Below, piece after piece: positions 50,497 to 63,285 of a DNA stretch of 64,000 nucleotides. This DNA comes from Octopus sinensis (Eukaryota), in contig NC_042997.1 of NCBI RefSeq assembly GCF_006345805.1, positions 9,114,001-9,178,000 of the forward strand, given 5' to 3'. The notes below the pieces were generated by a model that had not been told where the DNA came from, did not search any database, and worked only from the letters and a program-made list of their open reading frames with translations. Within the stretch, counting starts at the first letter, position 1. Every line of letters begins with the position of its first letter. A program made the translations under genes and the position numbers.

Positions 50497-51084
50497 TAAT
50501 AACAATAATGATAACAACAATAATGATAACAACAACAACAACAGCTGTTTCTTGTGTTAAAAGCTGTTATTTTTTAAGTTGCATTTCAGTTGTGTATTAT
50601 GAACTATCATCTAAACATGGACTATTGTTTGAATATACAGTTCATTAGATGCAAGTGAAAACAGTTGTTTCCTCTTCCATGTCAATGTTAGTAAGTTAGT
50701 TGTCTTAGATAGATGATTTTTTTCCTTTCATCATTTCAGTTTATGATTGTTTTCTCTCCCTTCAATGTTAGAAACTTGCTTGCTTGCTGGCAGTTTACCC
50801 ACCCAATATTGCCCTCCACCTCCTATACTGAAAACATTTGCACTGGAAATCCTGGAAATTTTGTATCAGGAATTTTGTTACCGGAAATCTTGGAAACCTA
50901 ATTTCGTCCCATCACCTCCTGTTGAATTTTGTTTATGATAATGGCAGTGAGGTTGATCTTAATAACAATGATAACAATAAAGATAGCAGTCGTGATAATA
51001 ATAAGAATACTACTGGTTTTTAATGTAGTAATAGTGTCAGTGCTAGTGATGGCATTGGTAATTGTAATAATGGTTTCAAATTTT

Positions 51085-51468
51085 GCCACAAGGGCAGCAA
51101 TTTTGGGGGAGGGGATGAGTTGATTACATCAACCACAGTGTTCAACTGGTACTTATTTTATTGACCCTAAAAGGATGAAATGCAAATTCGACCTTGGCAG
51201 AATTTGATCTTAGAATGTAGTGATAGGTGAAATACCTATTTCTTTACTACCCAGAAGGGGCTAAACACAGAGAGGACAAACAAGGACAGACAAATGGATT
51301 AAGTCTATTAAATCGAACCCTATGCATAACTGGTACTTCATTTATAGACCCCGAAATGATGAAAGGCAAAGTTATGTTCTGAATTTGAACTAAGAACATA
51401 ATGGCAGATGAAATACAGCTACGCATTTCACCCAGCGTGCTAACGTTTCTGCTAGCTCACAGCCTTAA
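51085..51468 (-). mobile_element. Fused SINE A1 and A2 sharing one 5' head
   Basis: Minus strand: head, then A1 tail (51236-51468), then restart at GTATTTC, box B and A2 tail (51085-51235). Confidence 0.7.
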
Positions 51469-51844
51469 TTGGTAGTTGTACTAATAACAATAATAATGTA
51501 CCAGCTCACTTTTAGTGTTATTGGTAACATGTAATCCAGTACAACCTGATTCATGGTCGGGCCATCAGTGACTAAATTGGCAAACCTATCAAGTACTTGC
51601 CTGTTAAGAAGAAGGATGGATTTTGTTGGATACCCTACAGGGAGCAAAACAAAATCTGTTAAAGGCCAGATGAACTCACTAGTGTTAAAGGCCATCCAAC
51701 TACATGAGGCTTTAAGTGCTGCAAGAATAAATGCTGGAGGTGGCAACCAGTGCAAGATAACCAGCTTCAATGAGGGCAGACAGGCCACTTGGAAATCTTA
51801 GCTGACAACCTATTTAGTGATAGTAATGTGATATAATTGTGGAA

Positions 51845-52085
51845 GTCCATGGCTTAGTGGTTAGGGTGTCAGTATCATGATCGTAAGATTGTGGTTTTGA
51901 TTCCTGGACCGGGCAACGCATTGTGTTCTTGAGCAAAACACTTCATTTCATGTTGCTCCAGTCCACTCAGCTGGTAAAAATGAGTAACGCTGCGATGGAC
52001 TGGTATCCCATCCAGCTGGGGAACACATACACCACAGAAACTGGGAAACCAAGCCCATGAACCTGGCTAGGCTTTAAAAAGGGTG
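51845..52085 (+). mobile_element. SINE head D with tail T3
   Basis: CATGGCTTAGTGGTTAGGGTG..TTGATTCC..GTTCTTGAGCAAAACAC..CTGGCTAGGCTTT. Confidence 0.85.
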
Positions 52086-52149
52086 CATTTATTATTATTA
52101 AATGTGATATAATTACTCGGTGGTGGTAACCTTAAAACACTTACCTCAA

Positions 52150-53780
52150 TTATGAGAGAAATGTCAATAATGAGAAGTTATCCTGACAGTGTCAATGAAG
52201 CTGGAGCTTTCAGCAAAGATGCCATGCTGTCAGATGTCCTGTGGAACAGCAATGCAGGCTTGGTCATAATCAAATTCCTGCTGAAGCTCAACATTTAGAA
52301 CAGACAAAAGAGAACAATAAAGTGTTGTTTGGGTATTATATTAGAAATGAGCCAGTGAAATGGGGCCATCGAAAAAATATTATCCTTATGAAAAACTAAA
52401 GGATATGAGTGAACAAAGATATGCTGATCAGATTTGACAAATTTAGACCAAGATGTGTTTAGAGCAGGTGGGACAAGAGAAGATTGTAATGAGACTGAGA
52501 AAGGTATTTCAGGAGACTACCAGTCCAGAAGAAATACCCATAGAACAAGTGACATAGTGGGAGGAAATCTACAATATATAGAAGACGTTAGTGTACTTGC
52601 ATCTAGAGAGTTACCAGAAGAAATTAACCCAGAACTAGCCACACTCCATGACAGAATTCTAGAGGTAATGTTACTTGAAGAAAGGAAAAGTTTATTATCA
52701 TTGAAGTTATGTGACAGAGCAAAACTAAGATTGGAATTCAGGAAAATGAATGAAGTTGTTATGAGAATTCCAATTAAAGATATCATTGAATTAAATTCCT
52801 TGATGTATACCACTGCTTATATCATCATAGGGAAAATGGGAATGTTTAAAGAAAGAAAAGTACAAAGAAACAAAGAGCCATTCTGGAAAAGGTGAATAAA
52901 AGAAAGCATCACTAAAGTGGCAGAAGGATTTAAGTAAGATTGAGGAAGTAAGGAAAGGAAATATGAGGCCCAATAAGATAGAACAGAATTACATGAATAA
53001 GAAATATCACTTGATGGATAGGGACACTTTATTTATATTGGATATGTTGAAACAAAAAAATCAAAGTGAGGAGAGTTAAGATCAAAAGATACAAGGAATA
53101 TGTCAACAGTTTGGACAAAATCAACTGCTTATAACAAATCAGAAGCTATTCTATGAGACTCTGGATGAAACAGATAAAGGAAAAGCAGAATTACCAGATC
53201 CCAAAGAAGCAACTTTATTTTGGAGCAAGATCTAGTCATAGAATGTCTAACACAACAAGGCAGCTTAACTCCATGATGTGGAAGAATCCAAAGACATGCT
53301 TGGAGATACAGGAGGACATTATCATCAGATTGGAAGATATTCTATCTGGAGTCAGGAAGATGAGAAAATGGAAGGCAGCTGGCCTGGACCTAGTTCAGGG
53401 ATTTTGGTTCAAGGTTTTGATGAATCTACATCCTAAACTACAAAACATCAAGGAGACTCAGAAACTCTGGGTCACCCTTACTGCAGAAAAAAACATGAAA
53501 CTAGTCAGTCACTTACTGTTTGTGGAGGATTTGATGTTTTACAGAGCTTGCAGAGATCAAGTCAATTCCCTTATATACACTATATGAATTTTCTCTCAAG
53601 ATATCCAGATAACACTCAGTATAAAGAAATGCACTATTAGTGAACTGAGAAGAGGGTGAATAGTAGACAGTAGTGGAGTACAACTACCAGGTGATGAGCA
53701 TTCATGAAGACAGAAATGATCACTGAGGAGGTCACAGATGTGTAACGAAAGATTTCCAGACAATGAGAATAAAAACAGTA
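52150..53780 (+). mobile_element. Old Dong/R4-type element, 5' part, with internal RT deletion
   Basis: MSEQRYADQI; RKSLLSLKLCDRAKL..ELNSLMY..EPFWKR (homologous to 13424-13852); KWKAAGLDLVQGFWFK; VSHLLFVEDL. Confidence 0.82.
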
Positions 53781-54379
53781 ATAAACGAGTGAAGAATGAA
53801 TATATAGTGCACGTGTTTATTTGACAAAATAAAATGACCATCCCGAAATACAACTATGTCCCTTACCTACAAGCAGTCAAGCTGAGGATCCTTGTCATCA
53901 TACCTCGTGTATGCAGCAAGCATCCACATTTCTCCAGGATGAGGCAGTGAAGAGCATATGAAAGAGATGATTAAGTATGGAGAGGATTAGTCATTCAGAG
54001 TGCTTTTAGAAAACCAATCCATCATTACAAAACAGAAGCCCTAAAGCATTATTCATGTCTATTACACACAACTAGGCCCCATATGCAATTTGTCCTAGTC
54101 AAGCCTTTCCACTTTCTCATCTTCCTATCACCCATCCCTCCATTATTCTTCTAACAATAGCCCTATTCTTCTACTGTAATTATATTCAAAGCAGAACTAT
54201 ATATTTCACCTCTCTTTTTGAGTAACTAGTTATCTTTTCCTTTCCTTGGCACCACTTTCTTTTGACTTTCATTCATGTGGTACTTGTTGACCTAAAGCTA
54301 TCAAAAATGGCACCTGCCCAAGATGCCCTACAGGGAAATCAAATCTGAGCTCAATGGTTAACAAATGTTATGTAATAAT

Positions 54380-54660
54380 ATCCTAACATATTTTTAGACC
54401 TTAGTGTAGATATTTCTAAAAATATTCCTATGACTAAAGCCATCTATCAATGTCTTTACTTATCTGATTGTGTATCATTCCAGTTATAACAATTATAAAT
54501 GGGATGATGGACGCATTCCTCAACTGCCATAATATTTTTCATTCAACAGCTAAGCCAATGTAATTTCTTAGTATTACAGGCTTTCTTCTCCACAACAATA
54601 TAGACATTTAGTATTGCTATGCAAGTTACCAATACACCATTGTCATGTTTAGTATGGAAA
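54380..54660 (-). mobile_element. Dong/R4-type REL 3' remnant, same family as 9700-10097
   Basis: Aligns by eye with 9905-10095; GLAVE*KILWQLRNASIIPFIIVITGMIHNQISKDIDRW. Confidence 0.6.
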
Positions 54661-55705
54661 ATGATAACATGTATATCATGTGTGAGCTGGTGATCTTTCT
54701 TTATGGTAAAGTTCTATAACATTTCTATATTGTCATTTTCTAAGGCACTTAGCAGTTATTATAAGCATCAGAAAGAAAAAAAACTTTTCCTTTAAAGGAG
54801 ACCAAGCATATACAGAGCAGCTTCAATGGATTATGATGAGAGTGATTTCATGCCAAAAGCAGTACAGCACCAGAAAATTTACTAAACACTCCCATCTAAA
54901 TTTACTTGAGTCATTCACTTATTTACCTTTCTGATATTTGCTTTATTTCCTAAATTCTATGCTACTGAGAACCCCATATCTTTCTATTTCCAGTGGCTCT
55001 CAGATGAAGGGATATGCATGAAGTGTTAAATTCTGCTCTTCTTATGGAAACTGAACCCACCAATTTTTTCTGTTGATGACTTGATGCTGAATTGGACCAT
55101 CACCAGTTTATTTATATTTGCAATGTTATGCATACTAAACACTTCCCTCCCAAAACTGCAGTTTTCTGGAACTCACTGCCAAAACCTTCTCTGCAAGCAT
55201 TCACTTTAATAAGTTCAAGTCAGTATCAAATTCATTGAACCAATCTAGAAACGCCTGCAAAGCTTCTCATCTATAGTCAATTTAATTGATCCTAGTACTT
55301 GATTGGTACTTTGTTTTATTCATCCTATGAGAATAAAATGTAGAGTTAAGTCTTGTGAGATTTGAACTTGAAATATTATGTGGTATACCTAAACAATGCA
55401 AGAAATGTTTGTTCATTTCTTTACCACTCCACTGTCTTTCATTGACTAAATAATGGTTTCTGATTTAGGTTCAAGGATTATAAAAAGATTGTAGCCAATG
55501 CCATTGACCTTAACATTGCACTACTGCTTTATTTTATCAAATCCAGAGGAATGAAAGGCAAAGTTGCCCCTGAGGGATTTGGACTCAGAACAAATTCTGC
55601 AAAGTTTATTTTCTCAATGCTCTTATAATTCTGCCATATCACAACATTTCACATGATAAAAACAAACTTACATTCTGTCCATATTTACCCTAATTTTTCT
55701 TCCAG

Positions 55706-55731
55706 TTAAACCAGAGATTTCTGACCTTCAG
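55706..55731 (+). CDS. Candidate 26-nt microexon
   Basis: CCCTAAT branch-like motif, TTTTCTTCCAG acceptor and CAG|GTATGT donor; two open frames (LNQRFLTF. or xKPEISDLQ). Confidence 0.3.
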
Positions 55732-56730
55732 GTATGTGTGTCAGAGTAAGGACATATACTGGAAAAAATGATAAATTTATAAAGTAATTTTTTAAGTAAG
55801 TGGGTATAATATTATAAAGCAATACCTTTAAATTGATATGTTATATTTTAGACCAGTGGCAACAGTAAATGAAATTGACTTTGCAAAGAAAATTTATTGA
55901 ATGAAATATTAGATAAATATGAAAATACAAGATATATATACATAAAAACAAGATACATATATATACATATATAAAGATATATATGTATATATATATATTA
56001 TATATATATATAAATTAGACAAATGAAGCACTCATTGGAATACTTATTATGCGTTGAAATTGTAGCTAATTGTTATTCAAAATTGAATTCAGAATGCACA
56101 ATGGAATTGAAGTATTATTATTAATATTTTTTTGCTATCTCGAAGTAGTTCTATTGGTTGTAGGAAATGATTTTAAGTTTTATGAGATATCAAATGCGTA
56201 GAAATGCATTTGTTTAACCAAGTTTTATTCTATAAGAATTAGCATATATATTGAGTTAGAAAGGAAATTATGCTGAGAAACAATCAGAAACAATATGTGC
56301 GTATGTGTAGGTGTATATTTGTATATGTACATATGCATGTGTGTATAAATATGTATACACACACACACAACCACATACATGCCATACATATATGTATATG
56401 TATATATGTGAGTATATATATGTGTGTGTATGTATCTATGCATGTATGTATCTATCTACTATTTATCTCTCTTTCTCTCTCTTTCCATATACATACATAC
56501 ATAACTAAACATACACACACACACATATTTCCTCATTATTATCATTTAATGTCCATATTCTATACTGTCATGCGATGGGTGGTTTGAATGGTTTTTATTG
56601 GCTGACTCATGTTCCAGATTTCTATGGTTGGGTGGCCTTTCTATCACCAACCATTTTACAGCAATTACTGAGTGATATTTTTGTGCCACAAGATCATCAT
56701 ACACCTTGCAATATTATAAAGCCCAAGTTT

Positions 56731-57610
56731 CAAGTGGCAAGCTAGCTAAATCATTAACATGCTGAATAAAATGCTCAATGACATTTTGTTCATCTTCACA
56801 TTCTGAGTTCAAATTCCACTAAGGCCAGCTTTGCCTTTCATCCTATCGATAAAATAAGTACAAATTGATTACTCCCTCAAAACTGCTGGCCTTGTGCCAA
56901 AATTTGAAATCAATATTATGAATCCCAAGTTTAAGGTGATGATCTGGCAGAATGATTAACAAACTGGGCAAAATGCTTAGTGGCATTTCATCTATTTTCA
57001 CGTTTTGAGTTCAAATTTTGTCGATGTCAACTTTGCCTTTCATCTTTTGGGGTCGATGCATACTGCAGTCGATGTAATTGACTGGCCCCCATTCCCCCAA
57101 AATTTCAGGCCTTGAACCTAGAGTAGAAAATAACATATCTTACCCAGAAGGTAACAAGCTGGCAGAAACGTTAGCCCACTGGGCAAAATGCTTAGCGGTA
57201 TTTCGTCTGTCTTTACGTTCTGTGTTCAAATTCCACCAATGTCGACTTTGCCTTTCATCCTTTTGGGGTCAATAAATTAAGTACTGGTGAAACACTGGGG
57301 TTGATCTAATTGACTGGCCCCCTCCACAAAAATTTCAGGCCTTGTGCCTAGAATAGAAAAGAATATTATGAACCCTAAGTTTAAGGTGCTGAATTGACAG
57401 AATCATTAGCATACTGGGCAAAACACTTAACTGCATTTCATCCATTTTCACATTCCGAGTGCAAATTCTGCCAAGGTTGGCTTTCCCTTTCATCTTTCAG
57501 GGTTGGTATAATAAGTACCAGTTGAGTAATGTCAATATGATTGATTTACCTTCTGCCTTGAAATTGCTAGCCTTGTGCCAAAAATTGAAATCAGTATTAT
57601 GAGCCCTAAG
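56731..57610 (+). mobile_element. Tandem array of four family-A SINEs
   Basis: Units start near 56731, 56929, 57149 and 57380; each has box B and the CCTTTCATC core. Confidence 0.85.
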
Positions 57611-57747
57611 TGGACAGTTACATGCTCAGAGATGAGGAGATAAAACAAAAGAGAAAGGGTTGGAGCAGAACAGGTTTATGACAAACCACCTTTTAGAAGA
57701 AAGGATAGTTGTGATCAGTTGGAGCTGTAAAGCAATAGAAGGGGAGA

Positions 57748-58050
57748 GCGGAGGCACATGGCCTAGTGATTTGAGCAGCAGACTCATGGTTGAAGGATTG
57801 CAGGTTTGAATCTCAGATCAGGCAATGTGTGTGTTTATGAGCAAAATACCTAAGCTCTATGCAGTTCTGGCAAAAGGTAATGGTTAACTTCTGCTGACTC
57901 TTTTGCCACAACTTTCTCTTACTCTTTCCTCCTACATCTAGCAGCTCACCTGCAATGGACCAATGTCCCATCCAGGTGGGGAACTTATATGCCAATGAAA
58001 CTGGGAAACCAACCCATATGAGCTAGGTGTGGCTCAAGAAGGAACAAACA
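57748..58050 (+). mobile_element. SINE head C with T3-like tail
   Basis: GCGGAGGCACATGGCCTAGTG head; tail GATGGAC.-like..CCCATCCAG..GAAACTGGGAAACC as in 51990-52060. Confidence 0.65.
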
Positions 58051-58179
58051 ACAATAACTGTTAAGGAGGACCTTCAGTGTACAAGGTGGGTAGAAATGAG
58101 CGGTGGGGCAGAGATACCAGGAGACTGGTGTGTGGAGGCTACATGAGAGTATGTGGTGAGTGTAGGAGATAACCAGCAC

Positions 58180-58680
58180 TTCATCGGTTACAATCATGAG
58201 AATTCCAGTTGAGCCAATCAATGAAGCAGCCTGATTGTGAAATTAACATGCAAGTGGCTGAGCACTGAACAGACACATGTACCCTTAACAAAGTTCTCAG
58301 GGAGATTTAGCCTGACACAGAATGTAACAAGGTTGCGAGCCTTGTGAAAGGCAGCAAGCTGGCAGAAACGTTAGCACGCTGGGCGAAATGTTTAGCAGCA
58401 TTTCGTCTGTCGCTATGTTCTGAGTTCAAATTCCACCAAGGTCAACTTTGCCTTTCATCCTTTCAGGGTCGATTAAATAAGTACCAGATATAATCGGCTT
58501 AATCCTTTTGTCTGTCCTTGTTTGTCTGTCTCCTCTATGTTTAGCCCCTTGTGGGCAATAAAGAAATAAGAATGTGACAAGGCTGGCCCTTTGAAATATG
58601 GGTACTACACCTATTTGTCAGCTGAGTCAATTGCAGCAATGTGAAATAAAGGGTTTTGTTGAAGGACACAATGAACCCCC
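58180..58680 (-). mobile_element. T1-tailed SINE interrupted by a plus-strand SINE A1 (~58337-58569) with TSD
   Basis: GAATGTAACAAGG (58320) and GAATGTGACAAGG (58570) flank the A1 copy. Confidence 0.8.
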
Positions 58681-59109
58681 AGAATAGAACTTCATATAGG
58701 ACATGACTGACAGTGTTGGGCAACAGAATAGTAATGATGTTATATAAACAGAAGAAGGACAAGAGAGAGAGAGATGACATGATATTGGGTAAATTGCCTG
58801 GGTGGGTGGGAAATAGAGTGGTAAGTATAATGCATTGGGACAGGTATAATGCCGTATAATCATGATAATTTGGTGGCTCAGTTGGGTGGGAAAGGAATCA
58901 ATGAAAGTGTGAGTAGAGAGGAGAAGAGTGTTAATGTATAAAGGGTGAGTAACAAGTGAAATGACTCTGAAAAGTAAGGAAAGTGAATGGTATCAAGGAA
59001 AAGCTACAGTTAGGGTGGTAGGGGTATATTGAGGAGGAGGGAAATTGGGCAAAAGGTACAGTTGTGCATGTGCATACGCACACACGTGTGTGTGTGTATC
59101 TGCACTCTT

Positions 59110-59880
59110 AGTGCTTCCAGAATGTGGTTTGTCATGAGAAGTAGGTCTTCTCAAGACCCACATATCACTATTTATTTTGGTCTTCCAGTATATCTGTAAG
59201 GTCGAAGACCCTCAGATTAGCTTTCACACCTTCCTCCCTTGCTTTGTCTGTCTCTCTCTCTCTCTATTCTGAAAGCTTCATCCACATTAAGTGATCATCA
59301 GTTCTTTATACAGCTGTCCTTAGTTATAAATATCCCATGTCTATATCAGTGCAGTTCCTTTCTTGCACACTATGTCTGATAATTCTTATTCCCAATATTT
59401 CTCTCATTTGTACTACATTATTCATGCATACTTACTTTGCAAAATGCTTGCTTCATTTCTTTTCTTTCCAATTTTCTCAGATCCTTTGTTCAAAGCCCAT
59501 GTCTCACTCTCATACAGTACTGCTGTTCTAACACAAGAAGTGCCATACAATCTTCTCTTCACTCTGCAGTAGCTGTAGTTGTTCCCAGAACTTTCTTCAA
59601 TTCTTCCTTATTCTGGTTACTATGCTTTCAGTGCAAACACCTTCCTTGCTAATTACATCTCCAAAGTAACAATAACTATTAACTAGTTTTAGTGAGCCAT
59701 CCAGACATTAAAGAGAGACTATTTCTTGTGTGTTCTGCGTATGTACTGTTCCAGTACATCTAGTGCAAATGAAGTTTACATTATCTGCTAGACTGCTTGT
59801 GATTCAACTACATCTTTTGTGTGTCCATAGCTTATATTAGGTATGGTATAATGAGTTTATACTTACTAGTTTTCTGCATA
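59110..59880 (-). mobile_element. Decayed RTE ORF 3' fragment
   Basis: GSLKLVNSYCYFGDVIS..ESIVTRIR..RLYGTSCVRTAVLYESETWAL.. Confidence 0.75.
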
Positions 59881-60045
59881 TAAAACAAAACCATTTCTTT
59901 CATAATAGCATAGTCTTGTCTTCTTTCTTACTAAAATCTTTGCTTTCACTTGGTTTACCTTAAAACACCTGTATTCTAAACTTAGACTCAGTGCATGGAA
60001 CTTTCTCTCTAATTCCTAATAGATTTAACTGAGATAACTCATCAG

Positions 60046-60656
60046 CAGCTCTGTCACGTGACATTTAGGGTGCCCCTTGCAACTTTTTGTTTCAAGGCCC
60101 CATCCCTTCAATCAGAATTCATAATCTACATCCCTTTTATTCATTTGCTATATTTTACTTTATTCTATTTCAAGTCCAATATCTCACGTTATCCTAAAAA
60201 AAAACATCTTTAAAAGTACAAGTTAAATTTATTTAGGTCTGTTACAAACTTCAATTAGTAAAACTTCCAGATAGGAATAAAAGAGCATATTTATAATACA
60301 GATAACTTTCGAGGACAAACACAGTGCACTTTTTGTTTCGTGAAATCATCAATCAGTTCAGAATAATCAAGCAGAGAGCTAAGTTTTTTGTTCAATAGAT
60401 ACCATAGACAATCCACAGAGTCTGATACACGTTTGTAGTACAATGTAATATTTTTACAAGAACTTTTGCAGTTACAATGCATTACAATTTTATTTCTTGA
60501 TATTTTCAGTTAACATAGATAGTTTAATTCTTGTTCAACATCTTGACGAAAGTAAATAGGTGACTCATCTAAGTACTTTGATTTTAACATGGGGGCCCCT
60601 CCACTGCAGAGGCCCTCTGAAACCACAAGGGTTGCAGGAGCTTAGCAACAGCTCTG
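60046..60656 (-). mobile_element. Non-autonomous hAT element with perfect 8-bp TSD
   Basis: CTCATCAG at 60038-60045 and 60657-60664; CAG termini; minus-strand RLCGLSMVSIE..LDYSELIDDF matches the hAT C-terminal dimerisation motif. Confidence 0.85.
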
Positions 60657-61589
60657 CTCATCAGCATATAGAATTCCTATATGTTAAGTGTGTGTGTGTG
60701 CCCACTACACACACACACAACCAAACACATATACATACATATACACCCATACACACATATATATCCATGTGTGTGTGTATGCATCTATGTACACGTAAGT
60801 ATATATATGTACATCCATGCACCAAACACCATTTTTCAAGTGATGTTAAAGTGAAAACAGAGAGAGATAAACACACACGCATACGCACGCATCACACACA
60901 TACATACATATGCACATGCAAATGCACACTTAGAAACACATATATTTTTCTATCAACCACTTTCACTCAACAGACATCGGTCAGTCCTTGTATGATTGGT
61001 CCCACACATTTCATTTTGGCTTGATTCTACAACAGAATCCTCATTGTAATACCAACCACTTTACAAAGAGTACTGCATGCGTTGTCACCAACACAAGTGA
61101 CGTCCCTTTTTGTCTCATAAGACTAAAGAATCCTCATTACTCTACGCCCTGTCAGTTCACTTGAGGTAATGATACAAGAGGGTAAATAATTGATAAAGTG
61201 ATGACACAAGAAAACCAAGATAAGTGATGAAGAGAACAAACAGTATTATGACTGAAACAAACTGGTTGGGGTGAGTGATAATAGAGAATGAGGCAGAATG
61301 ATGTACATACACTGACAACAACTGGCTTGGGAAGTGGAAATGATGATTGATAGTATACACAGAGTGACTGCAGAATGCATTATGTACAAGATGGTGGTAA
61401 AGGATAGAATACAGATTGGTACGATGACAATGTCTATATCTGATAACAGTACAATGTTTATAACTGCATACAATTATCTAGGCAGCTAAATCAATTAGCT
61501 CACCAATTAGCAACCAATTCATACACCTTGGATGATTATGGTTTTAGTGCCAAACTGTGAAGCTCAATAAAAGTTGTTATTTATAAACA

Positions 61590-61930
61590 TTCCTTGTCGG
61601 TGGCACATAAAAAAGCACCAACCGATCGTGGCCATTGCCAGCCTACCCTGGCACCTAAAAAGTGTCATCTGTACGTGGCTGATGCCAGCGCTGCCTTGAC
61701 TGATTTCCGTGCCGGTGGCACGTAAAAAGCACCCTCTACACTCACGGAATGGTTGGTGTTAGGAAGGGCATCCAGCTGTAGAAACACTGCCGGATCAGAC
61801 TGGAGCCTGGTGCAACCTCCTGGCTTCCCAGACCCCGGTCAAGCAGTCCAACCCACACTAGTATGGAAAACGGATGTTAAACGATGATGATGATGATGAG
61901 GATGATGATGATGATGATGAGGATGATGAT
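61590..61930 (+). mobile_element. RTE 3'UTR copy (R)
   Basis: Repeated GGTGGCAC(G/A)TAAAAAGCACC units, R 3' end and (GAT)n. Confidence 0.85.
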
Positions 61931-62110
61931 GATCTATTTCTTCACAGTTTCCATGCACTAAAATATAAATCGCATGATAGTGCTCAATAACAGATATGGT
62001 TAATGATACTTACCCAAAGTGCAGTGTAGTGAGATTGTATTTGAAACCACACTGTTTCAAAGAAAGCTCCTTAAGCACATAGCTATGTTTACATCTGATG
62101 ATCATTGTTA

Positions 62111-62330
62111 CCCTTTAGTGTTTAAACCGGCCATATCTGGCCAAAATATTCTACCTATTTTATGTTCAAACTAGCCAGATATGGTCATTCATAGCTATCT
62201 TATTGTGTCATTTTAAAAATAAACAATCACATCATTGAAATCTCAAAGCCATGAAATGATGCAAGATTAATTTTACATGGTGTGAATACATAAGCTTTAC
62301 ATTTGACAGAATAATCTGAATGCTAAAGGG
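62111..62330. mobile_element. piggyBac-like MITE (220 bp), second family
   Basis: Termini CCCTTTAG and CTAAAGGG; TTAA on the right (62331-62334), left site reads GTTA. Confidence 0.7.
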
Positions 62331-62769
62331 TTAAAGCATAATGTAAGTTCACTTGTGGCTAATCAGCAATAACAACTGGTAGTTACTAAACTATAACATC
62401 TTAACTCATTAGCTAACAGAGGTGAGTGAGTCATCTCTGTTAGCTGGTGACCTGTTCTTTTCCAGACACTCCAAATAACTTTCAACTTTTCTTTTATAAC
62501 TTACAGCTAGCAAACAACAGATGAGATCATCATCATCACTGTTCTTGCTGTCCTCGTCATCATAGTTCTCCTTCTCCTCCACATCATCATTTTCAGCATC
62601 ATCATCATCATCATTATTTTGACATCCATTTTTCTTACTGATATGGGTTAGTTGAGACATTCTAAGATCAGTGTTTTATGGTTAGATGCCCTTCCTTATG
62701 TCAGTCCTTTTAGTTGTCCCTTTATGGTACTCAGGAAAATGGTGTACCTAAGAATCAGTATATATAAAT

Positions 62770-62975
62770 ATAACTGCCTGACTGGCCCTTGTGCCAGTGA
62801 CATGTAGAAGCACCCACTACACTCTCGGAGTGGTTGGTGTTAGGAAGGACATCCAGCTGTAGAAACTCTGCCAGATCAGATTGGAGCCTGGTGCAGCCAT
62901 CTGGTTCACCAGACCTCAGCCAAATCGTCCAACTCATGCTAGCATGGAAAGTGGATGTTAAACGATGATGATGAT
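62770..62975 (+). mobile_element. RTE 3'UTR copy (R)
   Basis: Near-consensus R with (GAT)n tail. Confidence 0.85.
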
Positions 62976-63085
62976 GAAGACAGGTAGAGATAAACTATTC
63001 AGGCACAAATAAACCACTGAAAGACTGTATTTGTAATTGCTTGATCAACTTGAAATAAGAGTCAAGCATTCCACTGATCAAACCT

Positions 63086-63285
63086 ATTTCTTTACTACCC
63101 ACAAGGGGCTAAATACAGAAGGGACAAACAAGGAAAGACAAACAGATTAAGTCGATTACATCGACCCCAGTGCATAACTGGTACTTATTAAATCAACACC
63201 AAATGGATGAAAGGCAAAGTCGACGAGATACTGCGAAGTATTTTGCCCGGCGTGCTAACGATTCTGCCCACTCACTGCCTCTCCT
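63086..63285 (-). mobile_element. SINE A1 with 12-bp TSD and internal deletion
   Basis: CTGATCAAACCT at 63074-63085 and 63286-63297; box B region missing. Confidence 0.85.

Noticed and set aside
50590-50690. Acceptor/donor pair enclosing 101 nt
   Set aside because: Stop codons in all three frames.
51553-51801. 82-aa ORF MVGPSVTKL..
   Set aside because: No splice signals or domain; part of it resembles a repeat fragment at ~54310.
55100-55250. FWNSLP motif suggesting an old L2/CR1 3' end
   Set aside because: A single short motif is too degenerate to support a call.
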